A DNA stretch of 64,000 bases from an uncultured Prevotella sp. GTDB taxonomy: Bacteria; Bacteroidota; Bacteroidia; Bacteroidales; Bacteroidaceae. Positions 12,339-21,606 of this stretch are shown piece after piece. The DNA is taken from contig CAZPNC010000006.1 of assembly GCA_964587945.1 (NCBI GenBank), positions 8,792 to 72,791 on the forward strand. Reading direction: 5' to 3'. Below the pieces are notes generated by a model, which was not told the origin of the DNA, did not search any database, and was given only the letters and a program-made list of their open reading frames with translations. How positions within the stretch are numbered: the first letter of the stretch is position 1; each line of letters starts with the position of its first letter. Both the position numbers and the translations under genes were made by a program.

Positions 12339-12857
12339 ATGATAAACTACGATTTAAGAAAGATAAGCACCATAGTATTTGATGTTGACGGAGTTCTGTC
12401 AACCAGCACTATCCCCATGAGTGTGGAGGGAGAACCCATGCGCACGGTCAACATCAAGGACGGCTACGCAATACAACTGGCGGTGAAACACGGTCTGCGC
12501 ATAGCAATCATTACCGGTGGTGTGGATGCATCTATAACAAAACGTTATGAGAAGCTGGGAATGAAAGACATCTTCATGGGGTGCGGCGTAAAACTGGAGG
12601 TGTATCACAGATACAAGGAAAAGCACGGCATCACTGACGAGGAGATTATCTATGTCGGTGACGACATTCCCGACTATGAAGTCATGCGTGAGGCTGGCTG
12701 CACATGCTGCCCTAAGGATGCCTGCGCTGACATAAAGACAATAAGCACTTATGTCAGCCCTTATAACGGCGGAATGGGATGCGCACGGGATATACTTGAG
12801 CAGGTAATGCGTGCAAAAGGAATGTGGCTGTCATGCGACAAGGCATTCGGATGGTAG
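12339..12857 (+). CDS. kdsC: HAD phosphatase, KDO-8-phosphate phosphatase (YrbI) family
   Basis: FDVDGVL, NIKDGYAI, IITG, YVGDDIPD, GG.GCARD. Start placed at ATG 12339, downstream of the promoter. Confidence 0.88.
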   Translation: MINYDLRKISTIVFDVDGVLSTSTIPMSVEGEPMRTVNIKDGYAIQLAVKHGLRIAIITGGVDASITKRYEKLGMKDIFMGCGVKLEVYHRYKEKHGITDEEIIYVGDDIPDYEVMREAGCTCCPKDACADIKTISTYVSPYNGGMGCARDILEQVMRAKGMWLSCDKAFGW

Positions 12858-12897
12858 GCATCCGGATATTATAAAGTACAAAACATAACCAAACATA

Positions 12898-13293
12898 GTG
12901 GATTATTTATTTGAACACAAAGACAAGGTACGCGACTACGAATGCGACTTGCAGGGAATTGTCAACAATGCCAACTACCAACACTACACGGAACACGCAA
13001 GACATGAATTTCTTCTGTCCCGCAATGTCAGTTTTGCCGAATTACACGAGCAAGGCATTGACTGCGTGGTGTCAGGAATAGAGATGCGCTTCAAAGTGCC
13101 ATTGAAAAGCCGTGACGAATATGCTGTACGCATAAACGTGAAGAAGGAGGGGATAAGATACATCTTCCTGCAGGACATTTATCGGATGCCCGACAACAAA
13201 CTGTGTCTCAAGGCCAAGGTGGAAGCAGTCTGTATTGTAAATGGAAAATTAGGAGACAGTGAGATACTGGGGGATATTTTATGCAACTGTTAA
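12898..13293 (+). CDS. Acyl-CoA thioesterase (4HBT/YbgC family)
   Basis: VRDYECDLQGIVNNANY..Y.EHAR hot-dog motif. Confidence 0.88.
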   Translation: MDYLFEHKDKVRDYECDLQGIVNNANYQHYTEHARHEFLLSRNVSFAELHEQGIDCVVSGIEMRFKVPLKSRDEYAVRINVKKEGIRYIFLQDIYRMPDNKLCLKAKVEAVCIVNGKLGDSEILGDILCNC

Positions 13294-14846
13294 AACAACT
13301 ATACACAGAATGGAAGGGCGCTGAGCCTGAAAAAATGGAGAAACTGCCATGTGCAGGGAGCAACCGCGAGTATTACCGCATCACTGATGCAGAGGGAAAG
13401 ACTGCGATAGGTAGCATCGGCACATCAAAGGAGGAGAACCATGCCTTTCTGTATCTCGCCCGCCACTTCACCAGCCGCAAACTGCCGGTACCGCATATCT
13501 ATGCCCAAAGTGATGACGAAATGCGCTACATCCAGGAGGATTTAGGTTCGCTGTCACTGTTCGATGCCATAAAAGGCGGACGGGATGCAGGCGGACGCTA
13601 CACGCTCAAGGAGAGAGAACTGCTAAAGAAGACCATACGCCAATTACCGAATATGCAGATTCGCGGTGCCCGTGGGCTGGACTTCAGCGTATGTTACCCG
13701 CAACCGAAATTCAATTCTGAAGGGGTACTGTTTGACCTCAACTACTTCAAATACTGTTTTCTGAAGGCCACAGGACTTGATTTCCACGAACTGAAACTGG
13801 AAGCGAATTTCCGTTTGCTGTCAAAAGACCTGACAAGTGAAAGTGACCAGGATGATTCCTCGCTGCCAAAAGCCGACGGTTTTCTTTACCGTGACTTCCA
13901 AGCACGCAACGTAATGCTGGACAAAGACGGCGAACCTTGCTTCATTGACTTTCAGGGCGGCAGGGAAGGGCCGTTCTATTATGACGTGGCATCGTTTCTA
14001 TGGCAGGCTTCAGCACATTACAGTGAGGCACTCCGAAAAGAACTCATTGCCGAATATTATGAAGCGTTGAAACTTTATACGGAGGTTCCTTCATTCAAAC
14101 ATTTCAACGAGAGACTGCAGTTGTTCGTGCTGTTCCGCACACTTCAAGTGCTTGGGGCTTACGGTTTCCGGGGATATTTTGAAAGAAAGGCACATTTCAT
14201 ACAGAGCATTCCGCCTGCAATACAGAACGTCCGGCAGCTTATAGAAAAGAATGACTTCCCGTATCCTTACCTGATAGACATTCTGAAACGGCTCACCGAA
14301 CTGCCGCAATTTGCCATTAAGCCAGAGATGCCGGCCACACGAAAGGACGGTTTACGCACAACAGACAGCAATCCCTACACTGCATTCCCCGGAGACGGCA
14401 AGGCCACATTCTCAAAATACGACGGAAAAGGGCCATTGGTGGTCAAGGTGTTCTCGTTTTCGTTTCACAAAGGTATCCCGGAGGATGACTCCGGCAACGG
14501 AGGCGGCTACGTGTTCGACTGCCGAAGTACCCATAATCCCGGACGTTATGAGCCTTATAAGAAACTGACCGGCATTGACGAACCCGTAATACGCTTTCTG
14601 GAAGATGACGGAGGTATAGTGACTTTCCTCGAATCCGTATACAAGCTGGCCGATGCCCATGTGGAAAGATACATGCAACGCGGCTTCACTTCGCTGATGT
14701 TCTCTTTCGGTTGCACCGGCGGCCAACATCGTTCGGTGTACTCTGCCCAACACCTTGCAGAACATCTCAACCAAAAATTTGGCGTAGGGGTAAGACTGGT
14801 ACATCGCGAACAGAAGATAGAACAGACATTTGCAGCCCATATATAA
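13281..14846 (+). CDS. APH/AmgK-like sugar phosphotransferase fused to a RapZ C-terminal-like domain
   Basis: GSNREYYR, YRDFQARNVM, IDFQG, YDVASFL; C-terminal SFSFHKG..FDCR..NPG..GCTGGQHRSV. Confidence 0.85.
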   Translation: MQLLKQLYTEWKGAEPEKMEKLPCAGSNREYYRITDAEGKTAIGSIGTSKEENHAFLYLARHFTSRKLPVPHIYAQSDDEMRYIQEDLGSLSLFDAIKGGRDAGGRYTLKERELLKKTIRQLPNMQIRGARGLDFSVCYPQPKFNSEGVLFDLNYFKYCFLKATGLDFHELKLEANFRLLSKDLTSESDQDDSSLPKADGFLYRDFQARNVMLDKDGEPCFIDFQGGREGPFYYDVASFLWQASAHYSEALRKELIAEYYEALKLYTEVPSFKHFNERLQLFVLFRTLQVLGAYGFRGYFERKAHFIQSIPPAIQNVRQLIEKNDFPYPYLIDILKRLTELPQFAIKPEMPATRKDGLRTTDSNPYTAFPGDGKATFSKYDGKGPLVVKVFSFSFHKGIPEDDSGNGGGYVFDCRSTHNPGRYEPYKKLTGIDEPVIRFLEDDGGIVTFLESVYKLADAHVERYMQRGFTSLMFSFGCTGGQHRSVYSAQHLAEHLNQKFGVGVRLVHREQKIEQTFAAHI

Positions 14847-14926
14847 CTTGCTTTAGAGGAGAATCGCACAGGCCCTTTTCTCCTCTCTAAAATGTGGGAA
14901 TAGGGCTTGCGTATATTTTTTATATT

Positions 14927-15898
14927 ATGTCAATAATACGATTTTTAAAAAACTGGACTCTGCCGATATCCATGATAAGCGGGGCTTTGTTGTATTTCAT
15001 CGGCCGCGCACTTCCACTCTCAGCTGTGGTAAAAGGGGATTTATTGTCAGCAACGGAGTTTTTGCAGCCTGTATTGCTCTTTCTGATGCTCTTTGTGTCA
15101 TTCTGCAAAGTCAAGCCTTCTGCCCTGAAGCCACATTTATGGCATCTGTACATCATGCTCACCCAGACTGTTCTCTTCGCACTATGCTGTTTCTTGCTAT
15201 GGCTTTTCCCCGAAACTGGTTCACGGCTGGTAATAGAGGGGTTTATGCTTGCCATAATATGTCCGACGGCTACGGCATGTGCCGTGGTGACGCAAAAGCT
15301 CGGAGGGGATTCTGCCGCTACCACATCATACACCATCCTTATCAATCTGGCTGTGGCAATGCTGTGCCCGCTGCTTCTGCCTTTAGCCCATCCACAGGCC
15401 GGGCTGACATTTCTACCGGCCTTTATCACTATCATCAAGAAAGTGTTTCCTCTGCTTATCGTACCATTGCTGCTTGCTTGGTTCGTGAGATTTTTCATGC
15501 CTCCCTTGCATCGAATCATCCTCAGCACAAAAGACCTTGCCTTTTACATGTGGGCTGTGGCTTTGGCAATAGCCATTGCCGTTACTTGCAAGGCATTGAT
15601 GCACAGTAATGAGAGCCTGTGGCACATAGGCGGAATTGCCGCAGCCACGCTGGCAGCCTGTCTTTTCCAATTCGCTTTCGGCAAATGGGTGGGCAGAAAA
15701 TATGGCATGAGCATGGAGGCCGGACAGGCGATGGGACAGAAAAACACTATCTTCATAATATGGTTGGGATATACATTTCTCTCGCCAATAACGGCCACGG
15801 CCGGAGGTTTCTACTCTATCTGGCACAATGTGGTGAACTCTTACCAACTGTATAAAAAGCGGAAAGAACCCGCCACGGACAGCATAAAAAAGCAATAG
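14927..15898 (+). CDS. Bile acid:sodium symporter-like membrane transporter
   Basis: About 10 hydrophobic segments; CPTATACAVVT.KLGG, GQKNT motifs. Confidence 0.75.
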   Translation: MSIIRFLKNWTLPISMISGALLYFIGRALPLSAVVKGDLLSATEFLQPVLLFLMLFVSFCKVKPSALKPHLWHLYIMLTQTVLFALCCFLLWLFPETGSRLVIEGFMLAIICPTATACAVVTQKLGGDSAATTSYTILINLAVAMLCPLLLPLAHPQAGLTFLPAFITIIKKVFPLLIVPLLLAWFVRFFMPPLHRIILSTKDLAFYMWAVALAIAIAVTCKALMHSNESLWHIGGIAAATLAACLFQFAFGKWVGRKYGMSMEAGQAMGQKNTIFIIWLGYTFLSPITATAGGFYSIWHNVVNSYQLYKKRKEPATDSIKKQ

Positions 15899-15923
15899 AA
15901 ACAGAGACTTATAAACATAGTAA

Positions 15924-16011
15924 AACAAAAGTGCCCAAATAACACGGTAAAAGCAATGCTATTACAGTGTTATTTGGGCACTTTTACAAGGTGATTTGGG
16001 CACTTTCTCAA
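15924..16011. repeat. Array 1 of a 22-bp-period quasi-palindromic intergenic repeat (4 units)
   Basis: aacaaaagtgcccaaataacac / ggtaaaagcaatgctattacag / tgttatttgggcacttttacaa / ggtgatttgggcactttctcaa. Confidence 0.75.
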
Positions 16012-16805
16012 TACTCTATCTTTTCAAGGAACAAAGCATGGCCTGGCATTGACTCTCCGGCCTGGGTACGTTTCTTCCCTTCTATCACCTGACGGAACTC
16101 GTCAAGTGTCATACGGTGACGTCCCACTTCTACCAAAGTACCGACAATGGCACGCACCATGTTACGCAAAAAGCGGTTGGCAGTGATGCGGAAATACCAT
16201 TCCGTAGGTCCTTGCACTTTGTCAAGACTTAGCGGGCGCACAGGATTCGAGATATTGCCTTCCAATGGTAACCATTCCGATTCCATCACATCGCACAGCG
16301 TTGTCTTCACGTCGGTATGGCTTTTGCAGAAACAGGCAAAGTCTTTATAGTCAATAAGCATCGCCGCAGCCTCGTTCATCAAGGGGAAATCAAGGCCCGA
16401 TGGTGTCTGCCAGACATACTGTCTGCCGAACGGCGAGCGCACGGTTGACACGTAATAGTGGTACGTACGTGACTTGGCGGAAAAGCGGGCGTGCATGCCT
16501 TCATCCACTTCCTCTACCTTGTTTATGCTTATATCAGGTGGCAACATTCTGTTAAGGCGGAACGCCAAAGTGGATTTGCCACCACCCTTACAGTCAAAAT
16601 CGGGCAACAATGCGTCAAAATGCGCCACCATGTGCCTTGCATGGACACCGGCATCTGTACGCCCTGCCCCGACAATGTCAACAGGACCACGCAGAAGGGT
16701 GGTGAGACAGCGTTCTATTTCGCCCTCCACAGAGATGCCGTTAGGCTGTATCTGCCATCCATGATAGCGTGTACCGTCGTATGATATATGCAGGAAGTAA
16801 CGCAT
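16008..16805 (-). CDS. truA: tRNA pseudouridine(38-40) synthase
   Basis: MRYF..SYDGT.YHGWQIQP, GAGRTDAGVHA, HARFSA, FLRNMVRAIVG. Start moved to ATG at 16805. Confidence 0.95.
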   Translation of the reverse strand: MRYFLHISYDGTRYHGWQIQPNGISVEGEIERCLTTLLRGPVDIVGAGRTDAGVHARHMVAHFDALLPDFDCKGGGKSTLAFRLNRMLPPDISINKVEEVDEGMHARFSAKSRTYHYYVSTVRSPFGRQYVWQTPSGLDFPLMNEAAAMLIDYKDFACFCKSHTDVKTTLCDVMESEWLPLEGNISNPVRPLSLDKVQGPTEWYFRITANRFLRNMVRAIVGTLVEVGRHRMTLDEFRQVIEGKKRTQAGESMPGHALFLEKIEY

Positions 16806-16806
16806 T

Positions 16807-17244
16807 TTATAACAAACTGTGGCCTTCAAACTCTGAAATCTTCTTCTTGAAGTCCTCAGGCATAGGTATAGAAACGTGGTCTTCGAGGTTGACACAAACC
16901 ATAACAGTCTTGCAGTCACACTTCACCTCTTTGGTGCGGACATTTATGGCACGCTGCCGCAGGGTAAAGCTCTTGTTGCCAAGATGCACAATGGCCGTTT
17001 GGATGGCTATCTCATCAGGAAAATAAATTGGTGCAAGGAAATTGGCATTGATATTCGCCACAACAATAGCCATCTTCTGAAGGGCATCCGGTCCCACCAC
17101 ATCCATAAAGTATTTTTCCTTACTCATATCGAACAAGACAAAATAAACGGAGTTGTTCACATGGCCGAAACGGTCAACATCTGAGAACCTCAACTGTGCT
17201 GGAATCTGATGATTAAACGTTACATTCTGAAGTTCTTCTTCCAT
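16807..17244 (-). CDS. Acyl-CoA thioesterase
   Basis: LRFSDVDRFGHVNNSVYF hot-dog motif. Confidence 0.88.
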   Translation of the reverse strand: MEEELQNVTFNHQIPAQLRFSDVDRFGHVNNSVYFVLFDMSKEKYFMDVVGPDALQKMAIVVANINANFLAPIYFPDEIAIQTAIVHLGNKSFTLRQRAINVRTKEVKCDCKTVMVCVNLEDHVSIPMPEDFKKKISEFEGHSLL

Positions 17245-17256
17245 ATCCTATTCACT

Positions 17257-18909
17257 TTATTTATCGTTCTCCCTTATCTCTACGCGACGTATCTTGCCAC
17301 TGATTGTCTTAGGAAGTTCATCAACAAATTCCACTATACGCGGATACTTGTAAGGTGCGGTTTCACTTTTCACATGATTCTGCAACTCCCGTTTCAGAGC
17401 ATCTTCGGCTTTCTTCTTGTATTCCTCAGACAATACGATGGTGGCCTTGATTATCTGTCCTCGAATTTCATCAGGCACTGCTGTGATAGCGCACTCAACG
17501 ACAGCGGGGTGACTCATAAGTGCCGACTCAACCTCAAATGGGCCTACACGGTAACCGGAAGTCTTGATTACATCGTCAGCACGTGATACATACCACAGAT
17601 AGCCGTCCGTATCATAGTACACTATGTCATCAGTGAAGTACATACCGTTCTGTATCCTCTTTTCTGTCATCTCGTCATTGCGGTAGTAGCACTTAAAAAG
17701 GCCAAGCGGCTTTTTCTTTCCTACACGGATAACGAGTTCTCCATGCTCCATAGGCTTAACACGATTGCCATGCTCGTCCACCACATCAATGTCGAACTGG
17801 GGATTACGCACACCCATAGAACCTGGCTTTGGCTTAACCCACGGATAGGTGCCGACCACCAAAGTGGTCTCTGTCTGCCCATAGGATTCATATATCGTGA
17901 TACCGGTTTTTTCCTTCCACTCGTCAAAAACACTTGGGTTCAGAGCCTCACCGGCAGTGGTACACCATTCAAGTGCAGAGAGATCGTAGGCTGGAATATT
18001 CTCACGAATAAGGAAACGGTATATTGTCGGAGGAGCACAAAATGACGTTATATGATAGTCTTGCAGTACTTTCAACAAATCAGTGGGATTGAAATGTCCC
18101 TCATAGTCATAGACAAAGACTGTTCCACCAGCCAGCATCTGGCCATAGAACTTACCCCATACGGCCTTGCCCCAGCCTGTATCGGCAAGTGTAAGGTGGA
18201 GTGAGCCTTGATGAATGTTATGCCAGTACTTGGCCGTTATGATGTGGGCCAACGGATAAGAATAGTCATGCATCACCATCTTGGGCTCTCCCGTGGTGCC
18301 ACTTGTAAAGTATAGCAGGAAGTTATCTGTGACCTTGTTGCGCTTTGGCTTCACAAACGTATCCGCCTCCTCTATGCCACGCCAGTAATCATACCATCCG
18401 TTAGGCACAGTCGGCCCTATTGAGATACAGTGTCTGAGCGTAGGGCTGAAACGACGGACCTTTTGTACATGATTGAGAACCAAAGGATCACCACATGCGA
18501 TTATACAACTTATACTCGCCATGTGACAACGATACAGGATATCCTTGTCCGTAAGCATGTGTGTCGCGGGTATAGCTACTGCGCCGATTTTATGCAAGGC
18601 CACCATGGTATACCACCACTCGATACGACGCTTCAATATAAGCATCACACGATCGCCTTTCTCCACGCCAATACCTTGCAGGAATGCGGCGCAACGATCA
18701 GTAGTATTCTTGAAGGCACGATATGTTATATGCTTCTTCTCACCATGGTCATTGACCCACATTATAGCTTCTTTCTCAGGCATTTGCTCGGCATACACAT
18801 CTATGACATCATATCCAAAGTTGAAGTCATCCGGCACATTTACCTTAAAATTCTGGAGAAAATCTTCATATGAAGTGAAGTCCTCCTTTTGTAAGTAATT
18901 TCCAATCAT
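17257..18909 (-). CDS. AMP-forming acyl-CoA/acetyl-CoA synthetase
   Basis: YFTSGTTGEPK, TAGEAL, YESYGQTET, RADDVIKTSGYRVGPFEVES, LPKTISGKIRR. Confidence 0.92.
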   Translation of the reverse strand: MIGNYLQKEDFTSYEDFLQNFKVNVPDDFNFGYDVIDVYAEQMPEKEAIMWVNDHGEKKHITYRAFKNTTDRCAAFLQGIGVEKGDRVMLILKRRIEWWYTMVALHKIGAVAIPATHMLTDKDILYRCHMASISCIIACGDPLVLNHVQKVRRFSPTLRHCISIGPTVPNGWYDYWRGIEEADTFVKPKRNKVTDNFLLYFTSGTTGEPKMVMHDYSYPLAHIITAKYWHNIHQGSLHLTLADTGWGKAVWGKFYGQMLAGGTVFVYDYEGHFNPTDLLKVLQDYHITSFCAPPTIYRFLIRENIPAYDLSALEWCTTAGEALNPSVFDEWKEKTGITIYESYGQTETTLVVGTYPWVKPKPGSMGVRNPQFDIDVVDEHGNRVKPMEHGELVIRVGKKKPLGLFKCYYRNDEMTEKRIQNGMYFTDDIVYYDTDGYLWYVSRADDVIKTSGYRVGPFEVESALMSHPAVVECAITAVPDEIRGQIIKATIVLSEEYKKKAEDALKRELQNHVKSETAPYKYPRIVEFVDELPKTISGKIRRVEIRENDK

Positions 18910-19024
18910 TTTGCGTTTCTGTTATTTGCTATTAAGCGATGCAAAAGTATTAAAACGCAAAACAATAGACAGGAGATTAACTTTTATTAATTCTGAAACG
19001 TCATTTTTGACCGCCGAACCGTCG

Positions 19025-19780
19025 TTACTCATCCAACCATTTGCGCACTTGCGCTTTTCGTGTGCGACTGATAATTATTTCTGGCGACGGTACAATTTTG
19101 AGTTTCAGAAGTTCTTTACCATTGACCAGACGTTCCATACCGCTCACCAATTCTGCCGGTACAATATACTTACGGTTCACTCTCATGAATTTTGTTGGGT
19201 CCAACTGGGTCGATACGGCATCAAGAGAAAGGTCTATAGGGCATGAAGTACCGTCAAGCAATACAAGATATGTTGACTTATGCTCCGAAACAATATACTG
19301 GATGGTGGACAGGGAAATCATTCTCTCACCGTTAAAAGATTTCACGACAAAGCGTTCACGGTATTTGTTTTGTCTCGTTTTCTTCAACACTTTGGCGGCT
19401 TCAGCCAGCGGTTGAGCCTTAGCCGTCATCAGAAGCGACGCCTTCCGGATTGCTTCTGCAAGCTTACCGTCACAGATTGGCTTTATCAAATAAGAAAGAC
19501 TATAGAAATCAAACGCCCTAAGAGCATTCTCACCAGATACATCCGTGAAGATTACCGGCACATCTGCAGGTGCATAGACCAACGCATCAAAACAGAGACC
19601 GTCATTCAATTGAACGTCGGCAATGATGACATCAGCATCATGATGCAACGAAAGATACTCCCGTCCCTGCTCCACTGACGGTATCGGACCGATGACATCA
19701 TACTCCGGACTCATTTCTTCCAGCATGTGCCGCAGCAGATGGAAGTTATAGATCTCGTCTTCAAATATTATTATCTTCAT
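19025..19780 (-). CDS. LytTR-family response regulator (orphan)
   Basis: Receiver (FEDE, ADVQL.DG, YLIKP) plus LytTR domain (LDPTKFMRVNRKYIV). Confidence 0.88.
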   Translation of the reverse strand: MKIIIFEDEIYNFHLLRHMLEEMSPEYDVIGPIPSVEQGREYLSLHHDADVIIADVQLNDGLCFDALVYAPADVPVIFTDVSGENALRAFDFYSLSYLIKPICDGKLAEAIRKASLLMTAKAQPLAEAAKVLKKTRQNKYRERFVVKSFNGERMISLSTIQYIVSEHKSTYLVLLDGTSCPIDLSLDAVSTQLDPTKFMRVNRKYIVPAELVSGMERLVNGKELLKLKIVPSPEIIISRTRKAQVRKWLDE

Positions 19781-19840
19781 ACATAATATATTGGGCCCCG
19801 GTAACCATCAGGGACTGGTTTTGTCTTTATCCGCAAAGGG

Positions 19841-20230
19841 TTATTGGTTGAATGAACCTATTTCAATGAGGTTTCCCTCTGGGTCTGCCACATAGCAGGT
19901 GCGCTGTCCCCACGGCTCTGTGACAGGAGACATAACCGGAACCGCGCCTTTCTGCAAGACATCGTTGTATGTATTATCCACATCGGCATAGTTTTCAACA
20001 CTCAATGCCAGTTCATAATGCCCATTGACACCCTGTACATAATTATACTTCCGGCTTGTCATATTTTCAAAATCGCCACGACGGTATAGCATGAACAACA
20101 TGCCATCTTTCTCCAACAGCACATTGGCAGAATTCTCATCATCCTCGATTTCAAAGCCGAGTACATCACGATAAAACCGAACCATCGTCGGCATATCCTC
20201 CACAAATATTCCCAATCCTTCTAACTTCAT
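19841..20230 (-). CDS. VOC/glyoxalase/bleomycin-resistance family protein
   Basis: FYRDVLGF, PWGQRTCYVADPEGNLIEI. Confidence 0.9.
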   Translation of the reverse strand: MKLEGLGIFVEDMPTMVRFYRDVLGFEIEDDENSANVLLEKDGMLFMLYRRGDFENMTSRKYNYVQGVNGHYELALSVENYADVDNTYNDVLQKGAVPVMSPVTEPWGQRTCYVADPEGNLIEIGSFNQ

Positions 20231-20354
20231 AATCACTTGTTGTTTTATATAATCCGGTCTTGAAGACCATATAACACCTATCTATACGTTCTTTCATATC
20301 AACAATAATAGATACCATCATTTATTCGACAAATACCAAACAGCCATTTCCGTT

Positions 20355-20617
20355 GGTCGTGATGGTAACATTGTCGATATTTATTAACAGCCATGCCTGC
20401 AGTCTCGACATGCTTCCTGACAATGAATGCGCCAAGGGTCTCATCAAGGAACGCCTTTGCTATACGATGGAAATGATAAAGGAGAGAAACCGGCTTCGCT
20501 TGCCAACATCATAAGGCTGGGATTCTCATCCTAATGTTCATTTATGTAAACTACCATACGGTCAATCCGTCTATGATAACATGAAAGTGTAGTCTCGTTC
20601 ATTTTTGTCTTATCCAT
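20355..20617 (-). pseudogene. Degraded AraC-family (Rob/GyrI-type) transcriptional regulator
   Basis: Manual translation: ...YHRRIDRMVVYINEH*DENPSLMMLASEAGFSP / YHFHRIAKAFLDETLGAFIVRKHVETA / AWLLINIDNVTIT. In-frame TAG at 20531-20533, two single-base frameshifts, truncated. Promoter TATCTTTG at 20628-20635. Confidence 0.8.
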
Positions 20618-20703
20618 AAATCCGCTGCAAAGATAGCCCTATTTCCTAACTAAGGATTGTCCTATATCGCTATTATCACTTTCATAAACAATAATGACCA
20701 CAA

Positions 20704-21363
20704 TCATATATAGAACTCCGCCTCACTCACCAATCCTGCCCTAAAGGCATATTTCATGGCATCATGTGCGCAGTTCACACCGAGTTTACGGAAAATGTTC
20801 TTCCTGTGTGAGTTGATAGTATGGATGCTTGAGAACCTTTCCGCTGCTATTTCCTTCGTCGTCTTGCCCTGCGCTATGGCCTTCAGCACTTCCCTTTCGG
20901 TCTGTGTCAGGTCATCCTTATATTTCTCCTGCACAACGGCACTTTGCAACAACACCTCGGTAGCGTGCTGTGCGATATAACGTTCGCCACGTATGACATA
21001 ACGAAGGGCCTCGCGCAGAATGTCTATCGGTGCATCCTTATAGGCCACGCCTATCCTCTGCGTCTCATAAAGCACATAGCGCAGGAAGTCAGGTGTCAGT
21101 TCATCACTGAGCAATAGCCATGCAACCTGTGGATTGGCTTCACTCAAAATCACAAGGCTTTCATTGTTTGCAAAGTCAAAAAGTGTATAATCCAGCACCA
21201 CGGCAGTGCGTTTACCCTCCCTCAACATGGCACCAAGACGCTGCTTACTATCCGCAGACACCACCTCTGTCCTTTCCGTGCCGAGGATTTCCTTTACCAG
21301 AACCTCCACAGCAAGTGCCGTAATCGGTTGATTGTCCGCAATTATTATTCTTTCTACATTCAT
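20704..21363 (-). CDS. NarL/LuxR-family response regulator
   Basis: LTQTEREVLKAIAQGKTTKEIA..S.HTINSHRKNIFRKL HTH; N-terminal receiver. Confidence 0.9.
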   Translation of the reverse strand: MNVERIIIADNQPITALAVEVLVKEILGTERTEVVSADSKQRLGAMLREGKRTAVVLDYTLFDFANNESLVILSEANPQVAWLLLSDELTPDFLRYVLYETQRIGVAYKDAPIDILREALRYVIRGERYIAQHATEVLLQSAVVQEKYKDDLTQTEREVLKAIAQGKTTKEIAAERFSSIHTINSHRKNIFRKLGVNCAHDAMKYAFRAGLVSEAEFYI

Positions 21364-21441
21364 TGGTCCACGTTATTTATTTCGCACATCTCCATATTAT
21401 AATAAAAGGAGCATGAGTGCGAATCAACATCAATCTCCGTG

Positions 21442-21545
21442 CAAAGTTAATATAAAAAGTCGTAACATGCAAGAAAAACGCAACAAGAATTGTACGAAAA
21501 AAACGAAGGAAAATTTGGTCATGTGTGATTTATTCTTTAACTTTG
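21442..21545. promoter_or_regulatory. Divergent -7 boxes for the luxR-type gene (-) and the DUF4301 gene (+)
   Basis: TAACTTTG (-) at 21442-21449; TAACTTTG (+) at 21538-21545. Confidence 0.65.
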
Positions 21546-21606
21546 CAGACAGCAAAACCATTATATTACCAAGCAATTAAAATACACTATAATTAATTAT
21601 AACACT

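Noticed and set aside
16805-16919. N-terminal extensions given by the ORF track for truA (also kdsC, the transporter, dedA, glnS, susC)
   Set aside because: The extensions overlap neighbouring genes or promoters; family-typical N-termini begin at downstream ATGs.
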